Below, one piece after another: positions 39,027 through 48,302 of a stretch of DNA of 64,000 nucleotides (positions within the stretch are counted from its first letter, which is position 1; the number at the start of each line of letters is the position of its first letter). Under the pieces are notes generated by a model. That model made no database searches, was not told the origin of the DNA, and saw nothing but the letters and a program-made list of their open reading frames with translations. Location of the stretch: assembly GCA_041670385.1 (NCBI GenBank), contig JBAXZI010000003.1, forward strand, positions 1,618 through 65,617, written 5' to 3'. The stretch is from Clostridia bacterium (GTDB taxonomy: Bacteria; Bacillota; Clostridia; Christensenellales; DTU072). The position numbers were made by a program, and so were the translations under genes.

Positions 39027-39251
39027 ATGGCAGAAATTAAAATAGAAAAAATAGCTGGAGGCGCAGCTAAAGTAGGTAAAGTTTTCGCAAAGAAAGGCGA
39101 CGCAATAAATGTTGGTGACAAATTATTTCTTCTTGAAGCTGGCAAAATTAATACACCTTTCAAATCAACTGTAGCAGGCACTGTAAGTGAAATTAAAGTT
39201 GCTACTGGCGACAAAGTTAAGGTAGGCGACATCGTAGCCGTTGTTGACTAA
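39027..39251 (+). CDS. Free-standing biotinyl/lipoyl-carrier domain protein (74 aa)
   Basis: Single hybrid-barrel domain pattern V..GD.LF.LEAGK.....S...G.V.EI.V..GD.V..GD....V. Candidate modified Lys in EAGK. RBS AAGGAG. Confidence 0.8.
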   Translation: MAEIKIEKIAGGAAKVGKVFAKKGDAINVGDKLFLLEAGKINTPFKSTVAGTVSEIKVATGDKVKVGDIVAVVD

Positions 39252-39448
39252 ATTAATAAAATTTTAAGGATATAATTTATATTTTGTAACTTATTTGAAA
39301 GACAATATAATTCAAAAAAGTTTACAAAAATTATTTATCATAAATATATGAAAATATTAAAAATACTGCCTAATTTTAGACAGTATTTTTTTTATGTTAT
39401 AACATTATTTTATTTACTTTTTATTTATTATTATATTTATTATTATAT

Positions 39449-39997
39449 TTATTCTTCTATTGTATAATCGTATTGTTCTGTATATAGACCGTCTTCATTT
39501 TTCCTTATTACAAAAGTTCCTACTTCCTTTGCGGTATAAGTACCATCACCATTGTCAATTAGAAGATTTGTTTCGTAATCAACGATACTCGCACTGGTTG
39601 GTTTGGTAATTACATCATTAATAGCAACTATTCTCTTATAATTCCTTGGAGCAATAATAACTGCATAATCTTCAGTTTTATCGCCTTGTGTTGCCTTAAC
39701 CGCAAACACGCCAGCGCCATAGGACATTATTATTCCGTCTTCATCAATAGACGCTATTTGTCTGTCCGAATTTTCACAGGAATTCAAATTGCTAGTAACT
39801 TCAAATATTATAGGATTTTCATCAGTAGCAATCATATCTTTTGGAGTAAATTTTATTGTACCGCCAACAATTATAGTGTGTTCTTCTAGGGTATCTTTTA
39901 AGCTTTGAATTTGAGCTTCCGTACAACCCGTAAAACAAACACTTACTAATGCTATTATGACAATTGCCAATATCAATATTTTGTAATTCTTTTTCAT
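39449..39997 (-). CDS. Small lipoprotein with Ig-like (Big_2-like) domain
   Basis: Lipobox FTGC. ...IASIDEDGIIMSYGAGVFAVKATQGDK... Confidence 0.65.
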   Translation of the reverse strand: MKKNYKILILAIVIIALVSVCFTGCTEAQIQSLKDTLEEHTIIVGGTIKFTPKDMIATDENPIIFEVTSNLNSCENSDRQIASIDEDGIIMSYGAGVFAVKATQGDKTEDYAVIIAPRNYKRIVAINDVITKPTSASIVDYETNLLIDNGDGTYTAKEVGTFVIRKNEDGLYTEQYDYTIEE

Positions 39998-40112
39998 TTT
40001 TTACTCCTTGATATATACATTCTAGCCATTATAGCATAATAGTATAATTATGTCAAAATAATTATTAAATCTACAAATTATTACTATTTTATTTTCTTAT
40101 TTTCTTATTTTC

Positions 40113-40955
40113 TTATTTTTTTTCGAAATAATAACTTAAATAGCCATTTTCATAACTTTTTTCTAAAGTATAATTATCATCTATATTAGTATTACCAAAA
40201 TATGTACTTGCATTAATATTGAACATTACACCTAAACCATAGTAGCTACTTTCTATATATAACTGCAAACAATAATGATCTTCCGTTAATGTCAATGTAT
40301 TTAGGTATCCAAAAACATTATTAAGTTCTTCATTGCTTTCAATATATAAATCTCCACTATGTAGTGTCCCATCATCATAACTTAACACTTCATTTTTATA
40401 ATAATACAAATCCGAAGAAACAGCATTTTCATATTTATCGTAAGTAAGTGCTACACTGCTTCTAGTGCTTTGATAAGTTGCATCTTCTGTATGTCCATTG
40501 CTTGTTGCTTCAGCATCAGAAATTAAGAAATTATTGTATCTTAATATTTCATAATTGCTATCTTTTGTTGCATCGTCCCAGGTTATATCTACAATATACC
40601 ACTTCTTTATATAATCGTTATCCGTTTTATCTATGTCAAGAAGAACCTTAGACCAGGCGTGGCCTCCACCGCTAGCCGTTCCCGTAGCAACAATGGTTTT
40701 TATGCCCTCTATCCCACAAAGCAAAGTAAATGCTCTAGATAGCCCAGAACAAACCGCAAAACCATCATTAAAAACACCCTCTAGATAAAAAGCATCATAA
40801 GCTGTAGATTCTTCTGTGGTCAAACCGGCTTCCACTATATTATGGTCGTAAGTCGCATTTAATACTATATAATCGTGTATTGCAAGAACTTTTTCATAAT
40901 CTGACATATTATCTGTCAATATTTGCTTAGCTATCAATTTAGCACTCTCATACAT
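40113..40955 (-). CDS. Transglutaminase-like cysteine-protease-fold domain protein. The reading frame is continuous with the upstream 1113-aa ORF except for one TAA.
   Basis: Cys (FAVCSGLSRAF), His (GGHAWSKV) and Asp (DITWDD) core triad. No signal peptide of its own. The 36 codons upstream (40956-41063) are open and in frame with the stop at 41064-41066. Confidence 0.75.
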   Translation of the reverse strand: MYESAKLIAKQILTDNMSDYEKVLAIHDYIVLNATYDHNIVEAGLTTEESTAYDAFYLEGVFNDGFAVCSGLSRAFTLLCGIEGIKTIVATGTASGGGHAWSKVLLDIDKTDNDYIKKWYIVDITWDDATKDSNYEILRYNNFLISDAEATSNGHTEDATYQSTRSSVALTYDKYENAVSSDLYYYKNEVLSYDDGTLHSGDLYIESNEELNNVFGYLNTLTLTEDHYCLQLYIESSYYGLGVMFNINASTYFGNTNIDDNYTLEKSYENGYLSYYFEKK

Positions 40956-41063
40956 ATTCGATAAAGCTACTCCATTTGCATCACTTGAAAATGTAGGTTT
41001 ATAACCCCACGAAATAACTTTATAAAGTATTTCAGAAGATAGGACATTATCAGGGTAAACTGG

Positions 41064-44000
41064 TTATGAATCAATAAATAAATCTCTTGTACTTGCTACA
41101 TTTATTACATAATGTTGAAGAAAAGTACTATACTGCGTTTTTACAGCTTGAACAATATATGGTCCAGTTGGTGATAAATTTCTAGTAACATTACTTTTAA
41201 CTAAGATTACTCTTTCATCATTAAAATTGCTCCAAATATTGGGCACATAACCATTCAAACCAGCTTCATCAAACGATTCTAATCCCGCAAATAAAGCATC
41301 ACCAATTATACTATCATCTATCCCCGTACAACTATCTACATATATAGGCATATAATCCATTCTATTAGCTAGTACATAACAAATAAAATCATTGATTTCT
41401 CTTTGACTTGTTAGCCACAAATTTTGTTTAATTCCTTTCCAAATAAAAGTACTACTAAGCATATCCACATCACTCGCATTATTATATCCTTCTGTATTAG
41501 CATTAGTATTCAAAAAAGTATTATCCGTAAGTTTGTTATACAAATCATTATCTACACAAATCAAAGTTTCTACATCAGAACGGATATTATCCACTATAGC
41601 ATAAACTCGTGTTTCACTATTTATTGTTGGAGAATATGTATAAGTATTCGTAGTACCGCTAGTTACACATACATCATTAATGTACCAATCTATAACTTGA
41701 TATGTATTACAATTAGGCAACAAATTAGCTGTAAAAGTAACATTAGTCGTTGTCCCATCTATTTGTAAAACACTATTATCGGGCACAATTTCTACATTTT
41801 CTATAGATGCAGACAAAATCCAAGTCGCTGTAAATGTTACATTTTTAGTAATTATATAACTATCACCTTCAGCATATAAAGTTGTTCCATCAGACCAACC
41901 GCCAAAATTATGATATTCATATGTAAATGAATTATTTATTAAAATGTAATTTGCATTCTCATATTGGTAGGCTATTATAGGGTCATCACCTACTCCGCCA
42001 CCATTGTTGTATGTTATTGTGAATTTTATATCTTCTTCCCAAATTGCCGTAAACACTACATTATCGCCAATTGTAAACACATCATCTACATTATAAATAG
42101 TTACACCATCGGTCCATCCTACAAATTTATGATTTTCATAAATAAAAGGGTTTTCAATCAATGTAATTAGAGAATCTTCAAATTGATTAGGGATAATAGG
42201 TGCAGTGCCGTCACCTTCTCCGCTAATATATGATACTGTATATTTATCTGCCTCTTGTCTAGAATTAAGCATTATTTTTAATGCAGGGGCCATACCACCT
42301 TCACAACTGTCAATTACTAAACTTCCCTTATTGCCATTTACCATAATATAATCAACTGTTTTACTTCCGCTATAATCAGGCGAACGCAAATACCACCAAC
42401 CCTTTTTATAATAGTCGGAGTCTGTATCGTTGTTCATAAACCCGCCCTTAATATATCCATAATCGCTAATTTGCTTTTGTCTAAGTATATCATTATAATT
42501 AACAACGCTTGAAAAACCATAATCACTATTTATAATATCATCTTTATCTAGCAAATAAATATTATCACTTACATCAGTTTCTGTTTGATTTGTTACTATC
42601 AAGCGACTTTGCATATTATTAAATGCTAAATTATAGAAATCATCGTTCAAATATTCCCTATAATCGCTATACTTCCAATTATTCGCAAAGTTGTTTTCAT
42701 CTTCATCATCTTTTGTCGTAAAATATTCATTACTATTTGCCAATTCATCATTATTGATGTCTATCCATTCATAATTTGTTTTATTAACAAAAGCACCATT
42801 GTCAATAATGTTTTCACATAAAATTAATGCTTCGCCATCATCAATTGAAAGGATTCTCCATTTTATTGGTTCTACCTTAAAATAATAGATATTTCCATTT
42901 ACTATTTCATTTCCGTCAAAATCAATTGTGGATTTTGCATTTACCAAATATAAATTCGCAACAATTTTTACATATTCGCAATCGTCGGAACCTACATAAT
43001 AGCCATTAGCATTTACTTCATTTGTCGATATGCTAACTTCACTTGCTTTCAATGACTGAGGATAAGTACCAAAATACAAATAATCGCCATCTTCACTTAC
43101 ATTATTATTGTTATCAACTCTAACATATTGGTCGGCAATATTGCCAAGTAAAGTAGGTTCTTCCCATTTAGCAAATATTAATATATTACTAATTGTACCA
43201 GAATCTATTGTCGCAATTGGTTTTGTAAAAGAACTATCTTCATACCACCCCTCAAAATTGCCGGGATTATAAATTTTGTTATCTTTCAAAATAATACCGT
43301 TAGTAGGATTTTTTAATTCAATATTATCTGCTACAGTAAATATTGTTGGATTATTTTCACTATTTGTTCCGCCATTTAGACAATAAGTAATATTATAAGC
43401 TATTAAATTTCCGCCCAAATATAAATCTAAATTTCCTGTTTTACCACTATCAATTTTTGTAATTATTTCTGTCTTTTTTACATCGCCATACCATTGATAA
43501 ATATTATCAGAAAAACCGTCTAACACCTCACCTGTAGGTATTATGAATACATATTCTTCATCTTCTATTGTATAATTTGTCTTTAGTATGTTTGGATTTT
43601 CGGTTTCTTCCATTCCATATACTAAATGATAATTTATATCATACTCAACAACTTCCCACTTTGCATATAACTCTAAATTGCCAATATCTCCCGATATTAT
43701 ATTCAATACTTCATTTTCAAAGCCAGCCTCACTGAACCAACCTAAAAATGCGTATCCACTTTTTTCAGGTACAGCAAATGTTATATTATCTTCAATAGTA
43801 TAAATATTAGGATTTTTAGTGTTTTCAATACCATCCATATTATTATAAACTATCGAATATTCAATAGGCGTCCCTCCTAAATAAATATCCAACTCTCCGA
43901 AAGTACCTTTCGTTATCTCAGTAATTTCTTCTTTTTCGCCATCAGTGAATACAAACCATTTATAATTATTATCCTGATAACCTTCTATTGCCTCAACAGA

Positions 44001-44405
44001 TGTCGGGGCTATCAATTTGTAAGTATCATCTTCAATAGTATAATAAGATTTAGCTAAATTGGGATTTGTAATACCACTAAATATATGATAATTTATTATG
44101 TAAGAATTAACTGCCCAATTAACAGTTATAGTCATATTTTCATCGGGCATTACTTGAGGAATAGTTTTATCCCAACCATTAAATGTATATCCAGCTTTTG
44201 TTGGATTAGTTGGCATCGTTATTGTTTCTCCACTTTTTAGTACAATAGGTGAAATTTCCGTACCGCCTTTTGTATCAAAAGTTATTGTTATATTTTCAGT
44301 ATTATTTGAATTATTATTCGGTTCTACTTCAAAACAAGCTGTTAGTGTAATCATTAATACACTAATGGCTAATAAAATAAAAAATAAGCTTAATTTTCTT
44401 TTCAC
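41064..44405 (-). CDS. Giant surface lipoprotein with Listeria-Bacteroides (Flg_new-type) repeats and a KWRIL-type domain
   Basis: Lipobox LTAC. Repeats of the GY.F.GW......(L/I)YA.W type. The EPIKWRIL...W..S..R..LN..FY..AF domain is shared with ORF 44535..48128. Confidence 0.8.
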   Translation of the reverse strand: MKRKLSLFFILLAISVLMITLTACFEVEPNNNSNNTENITITFDTKGGTEISPIVLKSGETITMPTNPTKAGYTFNGWDKTIPQVMPDENMTITVNWAVNSYIINYHIFSGITNPNLAKSYYTIEDDTYKLIAPTSVEAIEGYQDNNYKWFVFTDGEKEEITEITKGTFGELDIYLGGTPIEYSIVYNNMDGIENTKNPNIYTIEDNITFAVPEKSGYAFLGWFSEAGFENEVLNIISGDIGNLELYAKWEVVEYDINYHLVYGMEETENPNILKTNYTIEDEEYVFIIPTGEVLDGFSDNIYQWYGDVKKTEIITKIDSGKTGNLDLYLGGNLIAYNITYCLNGGTNSENNPTIFTVADNIELKNPTNGIILKDNKIYNPGNFEGWYEDSSFTKPIATIDSGTISNILIFAKWEEPTLLGNIADQYVRVDNNNNVSEDGDYLYFGTYPQSLKASEVSISTNEVNANGYYVGSDDCEYVKIVANLYLVNAKSTIDFDGNEIVNGNIYYFKVEPIKWRILSIDDGEALILCENIIDNGAFVNKTNYEWIDINNDELANSNEYFTTKDDEDENNFANNWKYSDYREYLNDDFYNLAFNNMQSRLIVTNQTETDVSDNIYLLDKDDIINSDYGFSSVVNYNDILRQKQISDYGYIKGGFMNNDTDSDYYKKGWWYLRSPDYSGSKTVDYIMVNGNKGSLVIDSCEGGMAPALKIMLNSRQEADKYTVSYISGEGDGTAPIIPNQFEDSLITLIENPFIYENHKFVGWTDGVTIYNVDDVFTIGDNVVFTAIWEEDIKFTITYNNGGGVGDDPIIAYQYENANYILINNSFTYEYHNFGGWSDGTTLYAEGDSYIITKNVTFTATWILSASIENVEIVPDNSVLQIDGTTTNVTFTANLLPNCNTYQVIDWYINDVCVTSGTTNTYTYSPTINSETRVYAIVDNIRSDVETLICVDNDLYNKLTDNTFLNTNANTEGYNNASDVDMLSSTFIWKGIKQNLWLTSQREINDFICYVLANRMDYMPIYVDSCTGIDDSIIGDALFAGLESFDEAGLNGYVPNIWSNFNDERVILVKSNVTRNLSPTGPYIVQAVKTQYSTFLQHYVINVASTRDLFIDS

Positions 44406-44534
44406 AGTAAAAAACTCCTATATATACATATTATTATATGATTATATTATAATATAATATATATCAATAGAATAATTGTACTACTAATGTTGTTGTTTTG
44501 TCAATGCTGATTCTTATTCATATTTTTCGAATAA

Positions 44535-47500
44535 TTATAAGCTAATTTTTATTGCAGGGACAATTCCATAGGTACTATCATTTACACTTGTAAAACTCGT
44601 TAATATACCATTTTTAGCTACATAACTTACTTTTGTTGAGGTTACATTACTAGTAGATCTAAGGAACCATTTCGCATTGCCATATCTTGATAAATCTGTA
44701 TCCATATAAGCACCGATACTTCTTGCATAATCACTAACTTTTTTAGTTCTTTCCAAGCAAGAAGCGTCATCAGCTTCATCAAATCCATAATTAACGTTTA
44801 TTAAATCTTCATAACTTAATAAATAAATATTATCAGTTGTATTATTACTTATTTGTGCATATTGATTTGTTATTTTACCCGAAGCCGTGTTTTTATTATC
44901 TAATGATGATGTTTCAATAATATTTTTTTGCAAGTCACTAAATGCATTATCATAAAATTCATTGTTTAACCAACTTCTAATATCGCTATTTTCCCAATCA
45001 CTAGAATTTTCATCAAAGCTTTTATTAATAAGAATACTCTCACATAAAATTATTGCTTTACCATCGCTTTCTTCTAATATTCTCCACTTTATAGGCTCTA
45101 CTTTAAAATAATATATAGTAGATGTTATAATCAAACTATCATCACTGAATTTATACGAATTACTATTCGGCGAGCTAATTACTTTCGCATAAAAACTATT
45201 ATCCGAACCTAAAAAGTATCCTTTTTCGTTAGGCGTACTGCCTACTATTTCTACTTGACTATCCTTTAGTGTTTGTGGATATTCTCCATATAAAATATAT
45301 TGTCCAGTACTATTTTCAACATTATTTTCATCTACTCTCGTATAAGCTTTTTCCACTACGACTTCTTCCCATTGTGCTATGCATTCTAAATTGTTACTCG
45401 GCATTATATTAGGCACAATAGGCAACCAACCAATAAAATTATATCCCGCCTTAATAGGATTATTTGGTGCGATTATTGCTGAATTATAATTTTGCGATAT
45501 GTCGGCTACTAATTCGCCACCTGCACTATCAAAACTTATTGTATATTGGTCTATTTGCCAACACGCAAATAAATCCTTATTCCCGATATTCCCAATTTCG
45601 ATTTTATTTACCTTATTAACAAATGTATCTTCTAAAAACCAACCAATAAAAGTGTTTCCTTCTTTTGTCGGATTTTCAAAAATTATTTCATTTTCAACCG
45701 TATATTTAGATACATTATTATCACTATTCACGCCATTATCCAAATAATAATTTATGCAATAATCTATAGGGTTAATTAGTCCCAAAAATAAATCTAAATT
45801 TCCACAAGAACCGATAACTATTTCATTAATTTCATTCGTTTTTCCGATATCCGTATACCATTTATAATTATTATATCCTTTGCTTGCACTTGTAGGTAGA
45901 ATAGGCAAAATTAATTCATAGGTTGCATCATCTATCAAATAAAATTCTTTACTCGCATTAGGATTTTCTACGCCATCAATTAAATGGTAGGTAATAGTAT
46001 ATTGATTTGCTTCCCAAATTGCATTAATTGTCATATTATTACTTGGCATTGTTATTGGAATTGTTTTATCCCAACCAATAAATTTATCTCCTAATTTTAT
46101 AGGGCTATCAGGTGCCATAATTTCAGTACCAAAATTTTGAGTAATAGGTAAAATTTCATTGCCACCAACAGTATTAAAAGTAATTGTATAACTTTCTACT
46201 TGCCACTTTGCAAACAATTCTTTATTCCCGATACTTCCACTTTCTATTTTTGTTATTTCATCTATAAATGTATCTTGCAAATACCAACCCAAAAAAGCAT
46301 ACCCGTCTTTAGTAGGCGTACCTAAAATTATTTCATCTTCTATGGTATATTCATTTGAATTATTAATATTATTTGTACCTTGATTTAGTTCATAATTAAT
46401 AACAAATTTTTGAGCTAACCAATTAGCATCTAAATTTATTATTCCATTGTTTTGCGTACATAACATTCTTACTGTAGAGTTATCCTGATAAATATTTTCT
46501 CCACAACTCCAGTAATTAAAATCATAATAATCCCTAACAAATATATTTGTAGGTAATTTAATGCTTTCTGTAAAGCCAATATCGACCAAACTATCCATTT
46601 CACTTCGAACTTCAAAATTCGCATTAAAATTTATTGTATATTTATTTTCTTGCCATTTTGCCGACAAATTCAAATTACTTGATATCGTTTGATAATTCAC
46701 AAATTGTGCATCATTTACGCCGTTACCTGTAAACCAACCCAAAAATGTAAATCCATCTTTGTTAGGTAATGGCAAGCTATCAAAATTGCTACCACTAATT
46801 TTATTTATTTTATATAAATTGTTATCACTATCAAATATAAGTAATGGTTCATAATTTGCATCAATAATCCCACCTACCGCATCAAATTGTATTGCATAAT
46901 TCTCTTTTATCGCCATCGTTATTTCAAATAAAAATTTAGTATTATCCGAAAATAAGACTTCATAATTATCTATGCCGTTAACTGATGAAATTTTAGTAAT
47001 TGACACAATACTTTTTCCATCTTGTCCATCTACACCTTGTGCTTTTGCCTTTGTGTCCGTATCTCCTAAAAACCAATTTCCATTACTACCTATATGTGGC
47101 GTCAAACCATCTATTCCGTTAGTACCATCAATTCCGTTAGTGCCATTTAATCCATCTATGCCATTAGTACCATCTGTACCATTAGTACCATCTATACCAT
47201 TAGTACCATCTATACCATTAGTACCATCTTGTCCATTTTGACCTTCCGCATAAACACCAGTATCTATATCACCCAAATACCAATTGCCATTAGTCCCAAT
47301 ATGTGGTGAAATTCCATTATCACCCTTTTTCCCTTTAAGCAATTCCAAACTTATTAAATTAGTCCAATTATCCTCATCTTGGTATTTCCATTGTATATAT
47401 TCATTGTTAATATTTATACAAATTTCTCTACCATTTACGCCATCATTTCCTTGTAATCCAATACTTCCATCATTACCAACAATTACACCTAAATTTCTTA

Positions 47501-48128
47501 TTTCACCATTACTTAATGTTATAATTAATTCTTTATTCCCACTAATTTCAATATTTGTTATTGCTATACCAATTTCGCCTTTTAAGCTTAACAACCATTC
47601 ATTTTCAGAACCGACAAACCCTTTTTCTACAGCAATTTCATAGGCGTTTTTACCATTTGTAGCTATTGCGGTTTTTCCAGTGTCAATATCGCCTAAAAAC
47701 CAATTCCCATTTTCGCCAATGGCAGGGATAATTGCATTTTCGCCATTAATTCCTACAGCTCTAACTGCTGTATCTGCATCGCCTATGTACCAATTCCCAT
47801 TTTCGCCGATATGAGGTGTAATTCCATTTGTACCGCTTGCACCTTTTAAGCTCGCAAGCCATTCTTCAGCGGTACCCCTATATCCGTTTGTTTTAGCAAC
47901 ATTATAAGCACTATCGCCTTTGCAATCTTCAAGGAATTCTTCCAAAGTGCCTTCATAGCCTAATTCTTTTGCTGTTTCAAAAACTTTATTTATATCAGTA
48001 TTCTCATCATTTATTAAATTTTGCTCTAAATCAGACACAGAATTATCAGTCTTATTACAGGCAGATAATAAAAAAACAAATGATACGCAAGATAACATTA
48101 TACACGCTAAAATTAAGAATTTTCTCAT
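44535..48128 (-). CDS. Giant surface lipoprotein: tail-fibre-like G.NGNW(Y/F)(I/L)GD.DT repeats, collagen-like Gly-X-Y tract, Listeria-Bacteroides repeats, KWRIL-type C-terminal domain
   Basis: Lipobox LSAC. Four GxNGNW..GD.DTG motifs. GQNGQDGTNGIDGTNGIDGTNGTDGTNGIDGLNGTNGIDGTNGIDG. Confidence 0.8.
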   Translation of the reverse strand: MRKFLILACIMLSCVSFVFLLSACNKTDNSVSDLEQNLINDENTDINKVFETAKELGYEGTLEEFLEDCKGDSAYNVAKTNGYRGTAEEWLASLKGASGTNGITPHIGENGNWYIGDADTAVRAVGINGENAIIPAIGENGNWFLGDIDTGKTAIATNGKNAYEIAVEKGFVGSENEWLLSLKGEIGIAITNIEISGNKELIITLSNGEIRNLGVIVGNDGSIGLQGNDGVNGREICININNEYIQWKYQDEDNWTNLISLELLKGKKGDNGISPHIGTNGNWYLGDIDTGVYAEGQNGQDGTNGIDGTNGIDGTNGTDGTNGIDGLNGTNGIDGTNGIDGLTPHIGSNGNWFLGDTDTKAKAQGVDGQDGKSIVSITKISSVNGIDNYEVLFSDNTKFLFEITMAIKENYAIQFDAVGGIIDANYEPLLIFDSDNNLYKINKISGSNFDSLPLPNKDGFTFLGWFTGNGVNDAQFVNYQTISSNLNLSAKWQENKYTINFNANFEVRSEMDSLVDIGFTESIKLPTNIFVRDYYDFNYWSCGENIYQDNSTVRMLCTQNNGIINLDANWLAQKFVINYELNQGTNNINNSNEYTIEDEIILGTPTKDGYAFLGWYLQDTFIDEITKIESGSIGNKELFAKWQVESYTITFNTVGGNEILPITQNFGTEIMAPDSPIKLGDKFIGWDKTIPITMPSNNMTINAIWEANQYTITYHLIDGVENPNASKEFYLIDDATYELILPILPTSASKGYNNYKWYTDIGKTNEINEIVIGSCGNLDLFLGLINPIDYCINYYLDNGVNSDNNVSKYTVENEIIFENPTKEGNTFIGWFLEDTFVNKVNKIEIGNIGNKDLFACWQIDQYTISFDSAGGELVADISQNYNSAIIAPNNPIKAGYNFIGWLPIVPNIMPSNNLECIAQWEEVVVEKAYTRVDENNVENSTGQYILYGEYPQTLKDSQVEIVGSTPNEKGYFLGSDNSFYAKVISSPNSNSYKFSDDSLIITSTIYYFKVEPIKWRILEESDGKAIILCESILINKSFDENSSDWENSDIRSWLNNEFYDNAFSDLQKNIIETSSLDNKNTASGKITNQYAQISNNTTDNIYLLSYEDLINVNYGFDEADDASCLERTKKVSDYARSIGAYMDTDLSRYGNAKWFLRSTSNVTSTKVSYVAKNGILTSFTSVNDSTYGIVPAIKISL
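47106..47243 (-). repeat. Collagen-like Gly-X-Y coding repeat (9-bp periodic)
   Basis: About 46 residues of G(T/Q/L)(N/D)G(I/T/Q)DG. On the plus strand it appears as ccattagtaccatct... periodicity. Confidence 0.9.
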
Positions 48129-48302
48129 AAAATATTTTCCCCTTGAATTACTATTGTATCCTCATTATTAATACATAAAAATAGCAATTTCATTAATAAT
48201 ATACACTTTTTGACATTAAAAGTCAATAAATTACATAATATTATTTATAAATAGATAAAAAAAATGTTAAAAATTATTATGGGAATATATTAAAAGTAAA
48301 GA

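Noticed and set aside
46972-47241. Plus-strand ORF with a PLVPSIPLVPS proline-rich repeat.
   Set aside because: Antisense of the collagen-like Gly-X-Y tract of the 1197-aa surface protein. The minus-strand frame is continuous for 1197 codons with a lipoprotein signal.
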